A program made the position numbers and the translations under genes. This document shows positions 46,931 to 56,191 of a DNA stretch of 64,000 nucleotides, piece after piece; position 1 is the stretch's first letter; each line of letters opens with the position of its first letter. The notes beneath the pieces are model-generated. The model was not told the DNA's origin. It made no database searches and saw only the letters and a list, made by a program, of their open reading frames with translations. The DNA is taken from the IMG/VR virus record IMGVR_UViG_3300016476_000987. The stretch is one strand, 5' to 3'. This DNA is from a virus. Lineage: Duplodnaviria > Heunggongvirae > Uroviricota > Caudoviricetes.

Positions 46931-47137
46931 ATGGCAAAAACCAAGAGCCAGCAACAGAAGCTGGTAAATTACCTGATGAAGAACCGTAAGATCACAGCAA
47001 AGCAAGCTGAGGCTAAGTTTGGAACTAAGAACCTCCGGGCCAGGATTAATGATCTCCGACAGGCTGGATGGGAAATCGTTTCCGATCGAAATCCCAAAGA
47101 TCAACGAACTGTTATTTATCGGGTAGTTTCTTATTAA
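46931..47137 (+). CDS. small basic HTH DNA-binding protein
   Basis: KITAKQAEAKFGTKNLRARINDLRQAGWEI HTH-like. Confidence 0.45.
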   Translation: MAKTKSQQQKLVNYLMKNRKITAKQAEAKFGTKNLRARINDLRQAGWEIVSDRNPKDQRTVIYRVVSY

Positions 47138-47149
47138 TCTTTAACTCAA

Positions 47150-47180
47150 GTAGGAGAGAGGCTCATAGCTTTTCTCCTAC
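47150..47180 (+). terminator. hairpin GTAGGAGA ... TCTCCTAC (8-bp perfect stem, 13-nt loop), terminator-like
   Basis: Read directly; followed by AT-rich tract rather than a clean T-run. Confidence 0.35.
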
Positions 47181-47195
47181 TTAATTAATTATTCT

Positions 47196-48017
47196 ATGGC
47201 AATTATTGGTATATCTGGAAAAATAGGAAGTGGGAAAGATACGGTTGGTAAACTCGTACAACTTCTTATCTGTAAAAGTAAAGGAACAAAAGCAGACCTT
47301 ACTGATGTAACAGACCATACTGGTACACATGACTGGTGGTTAGAAGACAACTCAGGCTGGGAAATAAAAAAGTTTGCCGGTAAACTCAAACAGGTAGCCT
47401 CTATTCTTACAGGTATTCCTATAGAAAAGTTTGAAGACCAGGAATTCAAAAAGACATTTCTTCCAGAAGTCTGGAATAATTCTGATATGGAACCGGAAGA
47501 TTGGTGTGTTGAAAATCACTGGGAGAAGTGGAAAGTCTTTATTTTAGAAAACAAAAATGCAACTTTAAAACTAAAAGATATAATAGAGTTTGCTCGGACA
47601 TGTGGATGGGAAGACCGCATGACAGTAAGAGACTTCTTACAACGTCTTGGTACAGAGGGTTTGAGAGACGGTCTTCATCCCAACACTTGGGTAAATGCTC
47701 TTATGGCTGACTATAAGCCAGGTCCTTTTTTTCCTGAAGTACCTGCTGAAGACCACGCTAAGTTACCCAACTGGATCATTACAGATACTAGGTTTGAAAA
47801 CGAAGCTCAAGCTATTAAAGATAGATGGGGTATTCTTATTAGAGTTGAGAACAAAAACATTACTAGTACACAATCTCACCCCTCTGAAACTGCATTAGAC
47901 GATTGGGAATTTGATTATGTAATAGATAATAGTGGAAGTATCGAAGAACTTTCAGATAAGGTGTATGAGATGTTAAGGCACTTTGATATTATTCCTGCGC
48001 CAGCGGCCAACGACTAA
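47196..48017 (+). CDS. deoxynucleoside monophosphate kinase-like P-loop kinase (T4 gp1-like)
   Basis: MAIIGISGKIGSGKDTVGKLV matches dNMP kinase N-terminus (GVKRSGKDT). Confidence 0.5.
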   Translation: MAIIGISGKIGSGKDTVGKLVQLLICKSKGTKADLTDVTDHTGTHDWWLEDNSGWEIKKFAGKLKQVASILTGIPIEKFEDQEFKKTFLPEVWNNSDMEPEDWCVENHWEKWKVFILENKNATLKLKDIIEFARTCGWEDRMTVRDFLQRLGTEGLRDGLHPNTWVNALMADYKPGPFFPEVPAEDHAKLPNWIITDTRFENEAQAIKDRWGILIRVENKNITSTQSHPSETALDDWEFDYVIDNSGSIEELSDKVYEMLRHFDIIPAPAAND

Positions 48018-48062
48018 TTTTATCTGATAACGATATATTTATAAAAAACCCTCGCCGGTCCT

Positions 48063-48248
48063 ATGCCAGTAATAAATCCTGAGACTATCTTTTCGGAGAT
48101 AATAGCTGAACTAGAAGCAATAAAGGATATTTATTCCTATTCTAACAACAATCAATTGTATAATTCCTTTGTAGATCTTTGCATAGAAAAAGTTTTGGAG
48201 ATCAAAGAAAAGCACGATTCAGAAAATCAAAATAACACAAATGAGTAA
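48063..48248 (+). CDS. hypothetical small protein
   Basis: ORF only. Confidence 0.35.
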   Translation: MPVINPETIFSEIIAELEAIKDIYSYSNNNQLYNSFVDLCIEKVLEIKEKHDSENQNNTNE

Positions 48249-49434
48249 AAAAGAAGAGATCCAAACAAGAAATGATAGAATCCAGAAATATCTTATAGAA
48301 AATCCTGAAAAACTATCCGCAGATTACGAAGACACTGCTAAACTATTTAATGTTACTTCTGAGACTATTAGGCACATTTGTAGAAAACTTAGAGCAAAGA
48401 TATCGATTAACGAAAAAGAAGAAAGGTTTGTAATCACCGAGCAGGTATTACTTAGAAAGGAAAATGCAGAGATCAAGTCTTTAAAAAGACAACTAGAACA
48501 AGCGGTAAAAGACTACCAGGAATTATCAGATGCTTATGATATTGCTCTAAATCTAAAGAGCTCTCCGGTAATAGATAATGTTCCCTCTATAGATTTTAAT
48601 CAAAAAGAAACACAGGAAGCCACAGTAATTGTACAAATAAGCGATGGTCACTTTGGAAAAGTGATTACACCTTCTACAGTAAATGGATTGAACAAATACA
48701 ATCCGGACATCGCTAAGAAAAGGATGGAGACCTGCGCAGAGAATACGATCAGACTAGTAAAAAAAGAAAGGGAAGATATTAAGATCACCAATATGGTATT
48801 GATCTTGGGAGGAGACTTCCTGGAGAATAGCCAGCTTCATCATCACAGTGAAATGACAACGGCCCTCTCTCCTATGGAAGAAACTTTATTTTCCAGGGAA
48901 GTATTAAAAAAGTATATAAAGACTGTAGGAGAGTATTGCAATTTCAATAAGATGATCGTAGCCTGTACGAGAGGAAACCATGCGAGGATTACCCACAAGA
49001 TGATCTCTTCTGTAGACTACAGAATGAACTATGAGACTATACTCTACAACATCCTTCGTAGTGATTTTGAAGGAGAGAATATAGACTGGACAATTCCGGA
49101 TTCAGAAGTAGCTGAAGTAGAAGTATATGGTAATAGCCTTAGAATTATTCACGGACACCAAGTTAAGTACCAGGGTGGAGTTGGAGGATTGACTATCCCT
49201 CTTAATAAGTATGTTATGAGGATGGACCAAATAAATAAGGCTTATTATAATTTTGTGCATCACTATCATAACCTCAGCTACCCTACTGTAAACACTACTG
49301 TAAATGGAAGCATTGTAGGATATGATCCATATGCTATGAGTATAGGATGTTCTTATCAACCTCCTATGCAAGCATTTCAACTATTAGATTCTAGAAGAGG
49401 CATGACAATCAAGGCTCCAATATTTTGTGATTAA
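48241..49434 (+). CDS. calcineurin-like metallophosphoesterase with N-terminal HTH-like region
   Basis: ISDGHFG, LGGDFLE, GNHARI, IIHGHQ motifs. Confidence 0.6.
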   Translation: MSKKEEIQTRNDRIQKYLIENPEKLSADYEDTAKLFNVTSETIRHICRKLRAKISINEKEERFVITEQVLLRKENAEIKSLKRQLEQAVKDYQELSDAYDIALNLKSSPVIDNVPSIDFNQKETQEATVIVQISDGHFGKVITPSTVNGLNKYNPDIAKKRMETCAENTIRLVKKEREDIKITNMVLILGGDFLENSQLHHHSEMTTALSPMEETLFSREVLKKYIKTVGEYCNFNKMIVACTRGNHARITHKMISSVDYRMNYETILYNILRSDFEGENIDWTIPDSEVAEVEVYGNSLRIIHGHQVKYQGGVGGLTIPLNKYVMRMDQINKAYYNFVHHYHNLSYPTVNTTVNGSIVGYDPYAMSIGCSYQPPMQAFQLLDSRRGMTIKAPIFCD

Positions 49435-49444
49435 AATATAATAT

Positions 49445-49696
49445 ATGAATAAGAGAGACATATTAATAGAAAGTACTGAAGAGAACATTCTTACTGCTGA
49501 TGGTTTTGATGAAGCTATCCTTGGGTATGAAGAGAGCTCCGGTAGAGTTATATACTCTGTATCTAAATGCATAGAGATCTTGATGGAGGATGATATGACT
49601 TACGAAGATGCTATTGAGTATTTCTATTTTAATGTATCTGGTGGTTACGTAGGTGAGCTTACTCCTATATGGTGCGATGATAGAATGTATGAATAA
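49445..49696 (+). CDS. hypothetical protein
   Basis: ORF only. Confidence 0.4.
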   Translation: MNKRDILIESTEENILTADGFDEAILGYEESSGRVIYSVSKCIEILMEDDMTYEDAIEYFYFNVSGGYVGELTPIWCDDRMYE

Positions 49697-49806
49697 ATTC
49701 CTGGGTAACTTTTTGACCTCCAAATAAAAAATGGCTTTTTATTTTTTTACTCAATTTTTATAGTTTTAAACGATTTTTTAGGATTTACCTTAACCCTCCA
49801 GAGAAT

Positions 49807-50202
49807 ATGACAGACTCGAATAAAAGATATGGTCTCGGACATATGATAGGAGTTCGAGAAGGAGATGTAGGAGAAATAGTAGGAATGACGTTGGAAACTG
49901 TAACTGTTCGATATAAAGATCAAGAAGACACAACAGTTAGTTGGAATTCAATATACCCAGTTCCGGTATCGGTAGAAATGATGCAGAAGATCGGATTCTC
50001 TATAATAAAGAAACAAGATCTTCCGCATCATACCGAATACCTAATGGATATAAAAATCAATGGCAGGTTCTACTCTTCTAAAGGGATACTATTAAAAGAC
50101 AGATCTATATGGTCCTTTAATAATGTTTCCGCTAGGTTCATACACCAGATACAATCTTTAATTTGGATAATAGAACCTAGCATATCATTTAATCTATATT
50201 GA
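49807..50202 (+). CDS. hypothetical protein; last + strand gene, 3' end overlaps convergent minus-strand gene by 14 nt
   Basis: ORF only. Confidence 0.45.
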   Translation: MTDSNKRYGLGHMIGVREGDVGEIVGMTLETVTVRYKDQEDTTVSWNSIYPVPVSVEMMQKIGFSIIKKQDLPHHTEYLMDIKINGRFYSSKGILLKDRSIWSFNNVSARFIHQIQSLIWIIEPSISFNLY

Positions 50203-50722
50203 AGTAGTTAGCATCAAATAGATTAGAGTATACCTCATTAAGATCTTTTATATCTTTCATTAAGAAATTACCATTGTGAAACAGACCGGCCCTAATTAAA
50301 AAGTGTATCATTTTAACGTAGTCATCTTTAGTAGCCCAACCAAAATATTTAGCAGCTGTCTCTGCTACAGCTTCTATATTATTTCCTAAAGGGATCTTAT
50401 TAAGACTGAAAAAAGTCAAACACTTTTTTAGCCTGAACTCATTAGATAACACTCTCGGCTTCTTTCTTTTTCCAAAGCTTTTAGAAGCCAGATCAAAGTG
50501 AGTAAACAAGGGCCAGGTATAAGTGAAACAACTATCCGGAAGATATACCTCAGCCTTTACAAATACTTCCTGGAAGTTCTTAGTGTGGATCCTTGATACC
50601 TCTGCTCTGCCATAATATCCGTGATCGTATAAACATTCTTGAAACTCATGGGCAGTTCTTAAATTAGAAGTAAATACTAAACTGTTAATTGATATACTGT
50701 ACTCGTCACTTCTAGAATTCAT
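50189..50722 (-). CDS. hypothetical protein
   Basis: ORF in tightly packed minus-strand array. Confidence 0.45.
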   Translation of the reverse strand: MNSRSDEYSISINSLVFTSNLRTAHEFQECLYDHGYYGRAEVSRIHTKNFQEVFVKAEVYLPDSCFTYTWPLFTHFDLASKSFGKRKKPRVLSNEFRLKKCLTFFSLNKIPLGNNIEAVAETAAKYFGWATKDDYVKMIHFLIRAGLFHNGNFLMKDIKDLNEVYSNLFDANYFNID

Positions 50723-50727
50723 AATAA

Positions 50728-51051
50728 TTAGTTTGCACAGATTTCGATAGCTTCTATAATACTGACATCAACTATAGACTTTTTAGGATTAAAACAAAAG
50801 TCTAGCTGTCTTTTTATAGCTGATACTCTTCTGTAGTCTTCTTCTTGTAAATAATAACATAGGCACACCCTGAGCCCAAACATAGTAGCATTAAGCAGCG
50901 TATTGTTAGTAATGCTAGCATTACCTATGAACATTAGCTCTTCGTAGTAATTAGCCATGTATTCTTCTAGATTCTCTTCTGACTCCCGCATCTTCTCTAC
51001 GATCTCAGCTATTTCCTCATCAGTGTACTTTGTGAAATTTTCCATAACCAT
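50728..51051 (-). CDS. hypothetical protein
   Basis: ORF only. Confidence 0.45.
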   Translation of the reverse strand: MVMENFTKYTDEEIAEIVEKMRESEENLEEYMANYYEELMFIGNASITNNTLLNATMFGLRVCLCYYLQEEDYRRVSAIKRQLDFCFNPKKSIVDVSIIEAIEICAN

Positions 51052-51058
51052 TGATTTG

Positions 51059-51484
51059 TTAAGTGAATAGATTTTCTGGTTTACTTCCTTTACTAATTAG
51101 ATCCTCTAGATTATTTATAACTCGTACATGATGCCGGAACATATCTAACTGTTCTTGAGAGATTTTCCAATCTTGCTCAATAACTTTTCTTAGTACGTCA
51201 CAGCACCTCTTTATCATTAGAGATTGAAACTGTTCTAAGGTACGATTACCTTTCATATTATTACAAGGCCTACATGCAAAAACTTTGTTATTTATTAGAG
51301 TGTTACCTTTAGATAAAGGCTCAAAGTGATCCCTGGTAATTAGTTCATAGGGAGTATTATCTTTGCAATAGAAACACTGGCTACCTTGTAATTTGTACTG
51401 CTCTTCTAGGGTTTCATTCTTTTTTCTTTTTATCATATTACATATCTGTATAAAGTTTTCTACCATTACTCCAGATAGTATCAT
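51059..51484 (-). CDS. HNH endonuclease (start more likely the internal ATG near 51436, which removes overlap)
   Basis: CFYCKD...TRDHFEPLSKGNTLINNKVFACRPCNNMKGN. Confidence 0.7.
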   Translation of the reverse strand: MILSGVMVENFIQICNMIKRKKNETLEEQYKLQGSQCFYCKDNTPYELITRDHFEPLSKGNTLINNKVFACRPCNNMKGNRTLEQFQSLMIKRCCDVLRKVIEQDWKISQEQLDMFRHHVRVINNLEDLISKGSKPENLFT

Positions 51485-51806
51485 AATCGTGATTGTCTAC
51501 TATCTCTCCATTAATAGTCCAATTAGGAAGGATCCTCGGATTGTATTTGATCTGATGCTTGTTAGTTACATCATTTTGTAACAAAGCTATACTAACTTTA
51601 TTACAAAGGACCCAAGCACATACTACCTTTTCTCCTCCATTATAAATCTTCTCAGCTGTCTTTTTATAGTTCTTTAATGTACAGCCGGTCATTACAAGAG
51701 AGTATTCTTCCGGATCGTAGTAGGCTATTCCTTCTTTAGATTCTACTTTCCACTTCATGTAGTTTGGTCCTCTACCTAAATGAAATCTAACTTTTGTTCT
51801 GGTCAT
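51438..51806 (-). CDS. hypothetical protein
   Basis: ORF only. Confidence 0.45.
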   Translation of the reverse strand: MTRTKVRFHLGRGPNYMKWKVESKEGIAYYDPEEYSLVMTGCTLKNYKKTAEKIYNGGEKVVCAWVLCNKVSIALLQNDVTNKHQIKYNPRILPNWTINGEIVDNHDYDTIWSNGRKLYTDM

Positions 51807-51816
51807 GGTATATGTA

Positions 51817-52101
51817 TTAAATCATTATGCTAATATCTGTATCATGAGTAGAAGGGTTCTCTTTTATAAGAAGCCCTTTATAATAATAAAGATCTCCGGA
51901 TCTTTCAAAGTCTTCCGGGTACTTTTCTAACCTTGCAAACAGTAAGATCATAGCGCTGCTCACTACAAAGTACTGAGGGTTTTTTCTTCTGTAGCTTTCC
52001 AACAAACTGTTTGCTGATTTAATAAAGTACTCTATGCTAACAGACTTTACAACATGGCCTGTTTTCCAGGAGTCTAAATTATTGTCTGATGTACCGTACA
52101 T
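51817..52101 (-). CDS. hypothetical protein
   Basis: ORF only. Confidence 0.45.
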   Translation of the reverse strand: MYGTSDNNLDSWKTGHVVKSVSIEYFIKSANSLLESYRRKNPQYFVVSSAMILLFARLEKYPEDFERSGDLYYYKGLLIKENPSTHDTDISIMI

Positions 52102-52114
52102 ACTCTTTACTTGA

Positions 52115-52408
52115 TTATTTATATTTTTCTAGATATTCCCACAGACCTTTTACGTCTTGGCATATAAGGTTACCATCCGAATCATGTGCAGTTATGTCCT
52201 CTCTTTTTCCATAGTCTCTATCGTAACAATACCAATTGAACATGTCCAGACCCTCCTCTCCGTAATATTCTTCTATTAGAGTAGAAATTACAAAGCGGTA
52301 TGGGTCTATAAATTCTATCAGGTCTACACTAAGTTCGTACAGTTTAGATGCAATCTCGTCCTGTTCTTTCAAAGTATTTACAATTGATTCAAAAGTTTCA
52401 AATTTCAT
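52115..52408 (-). CDS. hypothetical protein
   Basis: ORF only. Confidence 0.45.
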   Translation of the reverse strand: MKFETFESIVNTLKEQDEIASKLYELSVDLIEFIDPYRFVISTLIEEYYGEEGLDMFNWYCYDRDYGKREDITAHDSDGNLICQDVKGLWEYLEKYK

Positions 52409-52599
52409 TTCTTAAAGTTTTTATTGTAAAAATCGTTTACACCACAAATCAATGCTGTAAATCCTTGACTAAAACAAAACAAAGTAACAATATGTCCTCT
52501 ATCGATCCTAGTAGTAGGTTGTCCGTCAAAATAAACGTATTGCACCATCAAGCAAAAAATAATTGCCGATATAATATGAACAGTTAATCCCTTATTCAT
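52405..52599 (-). CDS. small membrane protein
   Basis: Hydrophobic, two predicted TM segments. Confidence 0.35.
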   Translation of the reverse strand: MNKGLTVHIISAIIFCLMVQYVYFDGQPTTRIDRGHIVTLFCFSQGFTALICGVNDFYNKNFKK

Positions 52600-52904
52600 T
52601 TCTTATAGTTTTTATTGTAATATTCTTTAGCGTTTGAGTAGTCAACCACGACCAGTCCATTTTTGCCAAGAGCGTGCCCATCTGTCCAAGCCATGCAGAT
52701 GTTCTGCTCTTCTCTTTGTTTGGCTTCGTTTTTTAATTTGTAGACCAATTCGGTTAGAGGTTTATTGTCACACAACAGTTTGTGATTTAATATATTATTG
52801 TGCGCTAACATCTCAAAGAACCATTCAACTGCGGTCATGTTATTCTTTTCCATAAGTGTCGTTGTAGTATTGTTTACCACTGCCATAATTCGGCTCATAC
52901 CCAT
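52596..52904 (-). CDS. small protein, MTAVEW / QYYNxxY paralog family member (start may be the internal MTAVEW Met)
   Basis: NMTAVEWFFEML, AKQREEQ, EYYNKNYKK. Confidence 0.5.
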   Translation of the reverse strand: MGMSRIMAVVNNTTTTLMEKNNMTAVEWFFEMLAHNNILNHKLLCDNKPLTELVYKLKNEAKQREEQNICMAWTDGHALGKNGLVVVDYSNAKEYYNKNYKK

Positions 52905-53136
52905 CTAATGTACCTTGTTCGTAGGCTTTTTCTATTTGTTTGTTCTCTATCTGTTTGGCTTGATTTATCAAGGCATCTAAAACTTCCCAATTTATCTCAC
53001 AAACCTGCGGGTTTCCATAATCTTCTAACTCTTTAGCTAACCATTCAACTGCTGTCATGTTAATGTTTTTTGTAATGTTTTTTAGTTCATACTCTTTCAA
53101 TAAAGCCATCATGTAATTCTCTGCTGATTGTAGCAT
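52840..53136 (-). CDS. small protein, MTAVEW / QYYNxxY paralog family member
   Basis: NMTAVEWLAKEL, QAKQIENKQ, KQYYNDTYGKE. Confidence 0.5.
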   Translation of the reverse strand: MLQSAENYMMALLKEYELKNITKNINMTAVEWLAKELEDYGNPQVCEINWEVLDALINQAKQIENKQIEKAYEQGTLDGYEPNYGSGKQYYNDTYGKE

Positions 53137-53150
53137 GTGTATGTGTGTTG

Positions 53151-53390
53151 TTATTTATCGAATGTTTCTTTGTAGTATTGTTCCCAAGACTCCCAGACAG
53201 GGGGCATACCGTCATCGAGTGATTGTCTTGATTGTTTAAATGTTTCTTCATGTTGCTCCTTCTCCATTTGTTTTGCCTGTTCAAATTCACCCCTTACTTT
53301 CATTAAATGATGCAAATCATGTGATGTACTTTCAATCCTTTCTATTAACCATTCAACTGCTGTCATGTTATTTTGTTCCATATGTTTCAT
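53151..53390 (-). CDS. small protein, MTAVEW / QYYNxxY paralog family member
   Basis: NMTAVEWLIERI, QAKQMEKEQ, EQYYKETFDK. Confidence 0.5.
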   Translation of the reverse strand: MKHMEQNNMTAVEWLIERIESTSHDLHHLMKVRGEFEQAKQMEKEQHEETFKQSRQSLDDGMPPVWESWEQYYKETFDK

Positions 53391-53871
53391 TATAATATTG
53401 TTCTCCGTTTAAAAAATTTCCATTATCATCTAGAAATACGTTATCATAAGCATTCAATAGTTGCTTCTTCTCCATTTGTTTTGCCTGTTCAAGTAGCTCC
53501 GAATAGTTTGTTTTTCCTTCCACTACTGTTTGATTATAGTACCAATCAACAGCACTAATTAGTTCTGTAGAAGGTTCCTCCGGTTGATCTAAGGCATTAA
53601 AGAAGATCTGAGCATCTCTTTCAGAGAAAAACTCAATGCTGTTTTTAGAACTATTTTCTACCGGATAATCTTTATTAAAATCTAAAGAAGGAATATAAGC
53701 CATACCGTGTTTAACTTCATAACGTACAAAAGGGAAGGATAGTATCCTGGCTTCTATATTATCAAACTTTTTTGATAGCTCTTCTATCTGTTTAACATTA
53801 TCATCGTGAAGAACTAGATTAGATTCTACTTCCCATTGATCAAATACTTTTTTAATTATACCGTCTATCAT
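53368..53871 (-). CDS. protein with C-terminal domain of the same family (SAVDWYY, QAKQMEKKQ, EQYYNETYGTK) plus N-terminal extension
   Basis: Motifs read in translation. Confidence 0.5.
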   Translation of the reverse strand: MIDGIIKKVFDQWEVESNLVLHDDNVKQIEELSKKFDNIEARILSFPFVRYEVKHGMAYIPSLDFNKDYPVENSSKNSIEFFSERDAQIFFNALDQPEEPSTELISAVDWYYNQTVVEGKTNYSELLEQAKQMEKKQLLNAYDNVFLDDNGNFLNGEQYYNETYGTK

Positions 53872-53882
53872 AGTAGTCTATT

Positions 53883-54116
53883 TTACATTTTTTCAATCTC
53901 TGCTTTTACTTGAGTCCAATATGTCCAACTTGTCTCATAATCAGTATTCATACTGGTAATGTTCCGAATAATTTCATTCACGGCTATCAACGCACACTTC
54001 TTTGTATACGGGTTAGTATAAACCGGTATATCATCCCCTCCGGTATAGTTTGTCAAATACGAGATAGATATGCCCATGGCATCGAACAACTCTATTGCCT
54101 TGTCTCTTGGTGTCAT
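53883..54116 (-). CDS. small protein, paralog of 59610..59837
   Basis: KAIELFDAMG...ALIAVNEIIRNITSMN...YWTQVKAEIEKM versus KAKELFDKYQ...ALIAVDEIINTLSMD...YWRQVKQEIEIL. Confidence 0.5.
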   Translation of the reverse strand: MTPRDKAIELFDAMGISISYLTNYTGGDDIPVYTNPYTKKCALIAVNEIIRNITSMNTDYETSWTYWTQVKAEIEKM

Positions 54117-54493
54117 TACTTTAATCTTTTTATGTGTCTTTTGATCCAGTAGGTTCTGGGTTTTAGTTTACCTACTGGGAAATAATAGAATTCTGAATTT
54201 TTAGGTGTCTTGTATTTTTCTATTAGGTTGGCCCATGAGAAGTAGTCTGGTGGATTATTATCGATATATTTGAGTAGTAAGTCTCCTTCCTCTTCTGTAA
54301 TTAGATCTTTATATACTAATCCATAGGTCCACCAACACATTCCTGTTTTGAACAGTTGTTTGTTATTGAGCATTATCTCTAGTAGTTCTTTGGTCGATCT
54401 CATGGAAGATATTTTGTAATTAGGTGAATGATTGTTGGTATTAATATAGATACTAGTATTATCGATAGTAATACAAAGATCATACTTTGCCAA
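54116..54493 (-). CDS. hypothetical protein (start possibly internal ATG ~54403)
   Basis: ORF only. Confidence 0.45.
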   Translation of the reverse strand: MAKYDLCITIDNTSIYINTNNHSPNYKISSMRSTKELLEIMLNNKQLFKTGMCWWTYGLVYKDLITEEEGDLLLKYIDNNPPDYFSWANLIEKYKTPKNSEFYYFPVGKLKPRTYWIKRHIKRLK

Positions 54494-54600
54494 AAAGGTA
54501 TATTGTTATGAAATGGATCAAATGTTCCTTCTGATAACTTTTTTATTCTGAAGTATAATATTATCTTTCCTAGGATTAGTAGTACTGTTAGTGATATCAT
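54400..54600 (-). CDS. possible small membrane protein; overlaps neighbour by 94 nt, may be spurious
   Basis: Hydrophobic ORF. Confidence 0.25.
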   Translation of the reverse strand: MISLTVLLILGKIILYFRIKKLSEGTFDPFHNNIPFWQSMIFVLLSIILVSILIPTIIHLITKYLP

Positions 54601-54920
54601 TGTTTAGGTTTTATTGTTTTAAATAAATTATCGATTTTTCTATGTCCATGTGACCACCTCCACACTCTACCCATACCTTGAATATGGTATTTGGATAAGA
54701 AGCTAAGCGGTATATGTTTAGATATAAATTTAAAATCCCAAGGATTGTGAAAAGAAATAATGTCCTTATTAAAAGGATTTAATTCAAAGTTGCCATCTCT
54801 CTTATCAAGATATTCTTCGACATCTTCTTCTGTTATAAAGGAACCATAGACAGTAAATAAAGATAGTTCAATCATTCCTATTAATGTAATTATAAAGCCT
54901 AAGATTTCTATTGTATTCAT
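54597..54920 (-). CDS. hypothetical protein with N-terminal TM helix
   Basis: ILGFIITLIGMIELSLFTVYGSF. Confidence 0.45.
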   Translation of the reverse strand: MNTIEILGFIITLIGMIELSLFTVYGSFITEEDVEEYLDKRDGNFELNPFNKDIISFHNPWDFKFISKHIPLSFLSKYHIQGMGRVWRWSHGHRKIDNLFKTIKPKQ

Positions 54921-55438
54921 GACTTGAGTTTTAGTTTACCATTAACGAATTCAACTTCCCACTCTGTTTTGGGTTGGAGAGCTTGAATAATTTCCTCAAT
55001 AGAATGCTCTTGATGATGTCTTGCCTCATACAAAGCCCATTGCATATCTTCCTCTGTATATTTCTTCTCCTTATTGTCTTCAAGAGCTTGGTTATAACCT
55101 TTTCTAACTCCATTTTCAAAATCATAATTTCCACCAACATATAATTCTAACCCCATTTTTAATGATAATTCTTCAACTTTATTCACCTCACCAATAAGTT
55201 CTTTCACTTCTGATAATAGAAGAGGCAGTACTGATTGCATCCAACCGGTACCTAAGGATTCTGGTTGTGTTGAACAGATGATCTTCTTCTGTCTTAGTTT
55301 ATCTATATCATTCAGGGTGTGGATTGTAAACAAATCATACTTACCTGTCAGTAACCTCTCTGCTACTATATCTCCGATATTAATTTCTGAATCATCTGCC
55401 ACTATATAGTGGTCCTCAGACAGTTTTATTAGTGTCAT
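54917..55438 (-). CDS. hypothetical protein
   Basis: ORF only. Confidence 0.5.
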   Translation of the reverse strand: MTLIKLSEDHYIVADDSEINIGDIVAERLLTGKYDLFTIHTLNDIDKLRQKKIICSTQPESLGTGWMQSVLPLLLSEVKELIGEVNKVEELSLKMGLELYVGGNYDFENGVRKGYNQALEDNKEKKYTEEDMQWALYEARHHQEHSIEEIIQALQPKTEWEVEFVNGKLKLKS

Positions 55439-55452
55439 TGTTCTGATTGTAA

Positions 55453-55651
55453 TTAATCTTGCTCATTATATTTAATACCATCACCTTCTACAAGCACATC
55501 ATCTGCTATTTTAGACAGTAAATCAGGAGCATAAATGATGGCATTATCACTTTGCATTATGCATTCCCCAACTCCATATACTTCAAAGTATTTTGTAAGC
55601 ATTTCTATTGCTTTGTCTTTTTTTTTCTTCTGTCCAAGTAATTGTGTACAT
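55453..55651 (-). pseudogene. ORF split by an A9 homopolymer (T9 on + strand at 55618..55626): 49-aa ORF from ATG 55602, or 65-aa product if one A is removed / -1 slip
   Basis: Minus-strand reading from ATG 55651 hits a stop just after A9; a shift of 1 nt continues to the stop at 55453. Confidence 0.3.
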
Positions 55652-55666
55652 AGTTGTTTAATTTAA

Positions 55667-55969
55667 TTAGTCTTTTACAGGTTCCCAATATGTTTCAGTA
55701 ATTACCCTCTCTCTTTTCTCCACTCTTGTTAATTCTTGTATTTCATTTTTATCCCAATCAAATTCTGACCAAATATATGGATTGGTCTCCCAATAACCAT
55801 CGAGTTCTCTTGGTACTTCTGGACACCACCTTTCATTTATTGTTACAATAGAACTCATATAGAATGTCGATCCTTTACGATGCTCTTGCTTGCTTGTTTC
55901 CATATCCTCCAAAAGAATGTCAAAATCAAAACCTATTTCTTTTGCTGTCTGTCTTGTAATCTTGTTCAT
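55667..55969 (-). CDS. hypothetical protein
   Basis: ORF only. Confidence 0.45.
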   Translation of the reverse strand: MNKITRQTAKEIGFDFDILLEDMETSKQEHRKGSTFYMSSIVTINERWCPEVPRELDGYWETNPYIWSEFDWDKNEIQELTRVEKRERVITETYWEPVKD

Positions 55970-56005
55970 TTGTTTATTTTTTACTGGTTTGTGATACTAT
56001 TAGTA

Positions 56006-56191
56006 TCAATAATATTTGTCAATCCAATCTGCTGTTATTGTAAGAAAATTTACTAAAACAGTTGCTGGAAGCCACCAAATAAGATATAGAAAAATAAGCC
56101 AATAGTTGTCTTTATATATTGACAGTCCAATTGGAAATAACCAAATAAGAATCATCAACAAAAGAATAAGTAGTAGGATTAGTTTTTTCAT
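56006..56191 (-). CDS. small membrane protein
   Basis: LILLLILLLMILIWLF, two TM segments. Confidence 0.4.
   Translation of the reverse strand: MKKLILLLILLLMILIWLFPIGLSIYKDNYWLIFLYLIWWLPATVLVNFLTITADWIDKYY

Noticed and set aside
49700-49760. A/T-only hairpin (ATAAAAAATGGCTTTTTTAT) after gene 49445-49696 as a terminator
   Set aside because: The stem is entirely A/T and therefore weak. Not reported as a feature.
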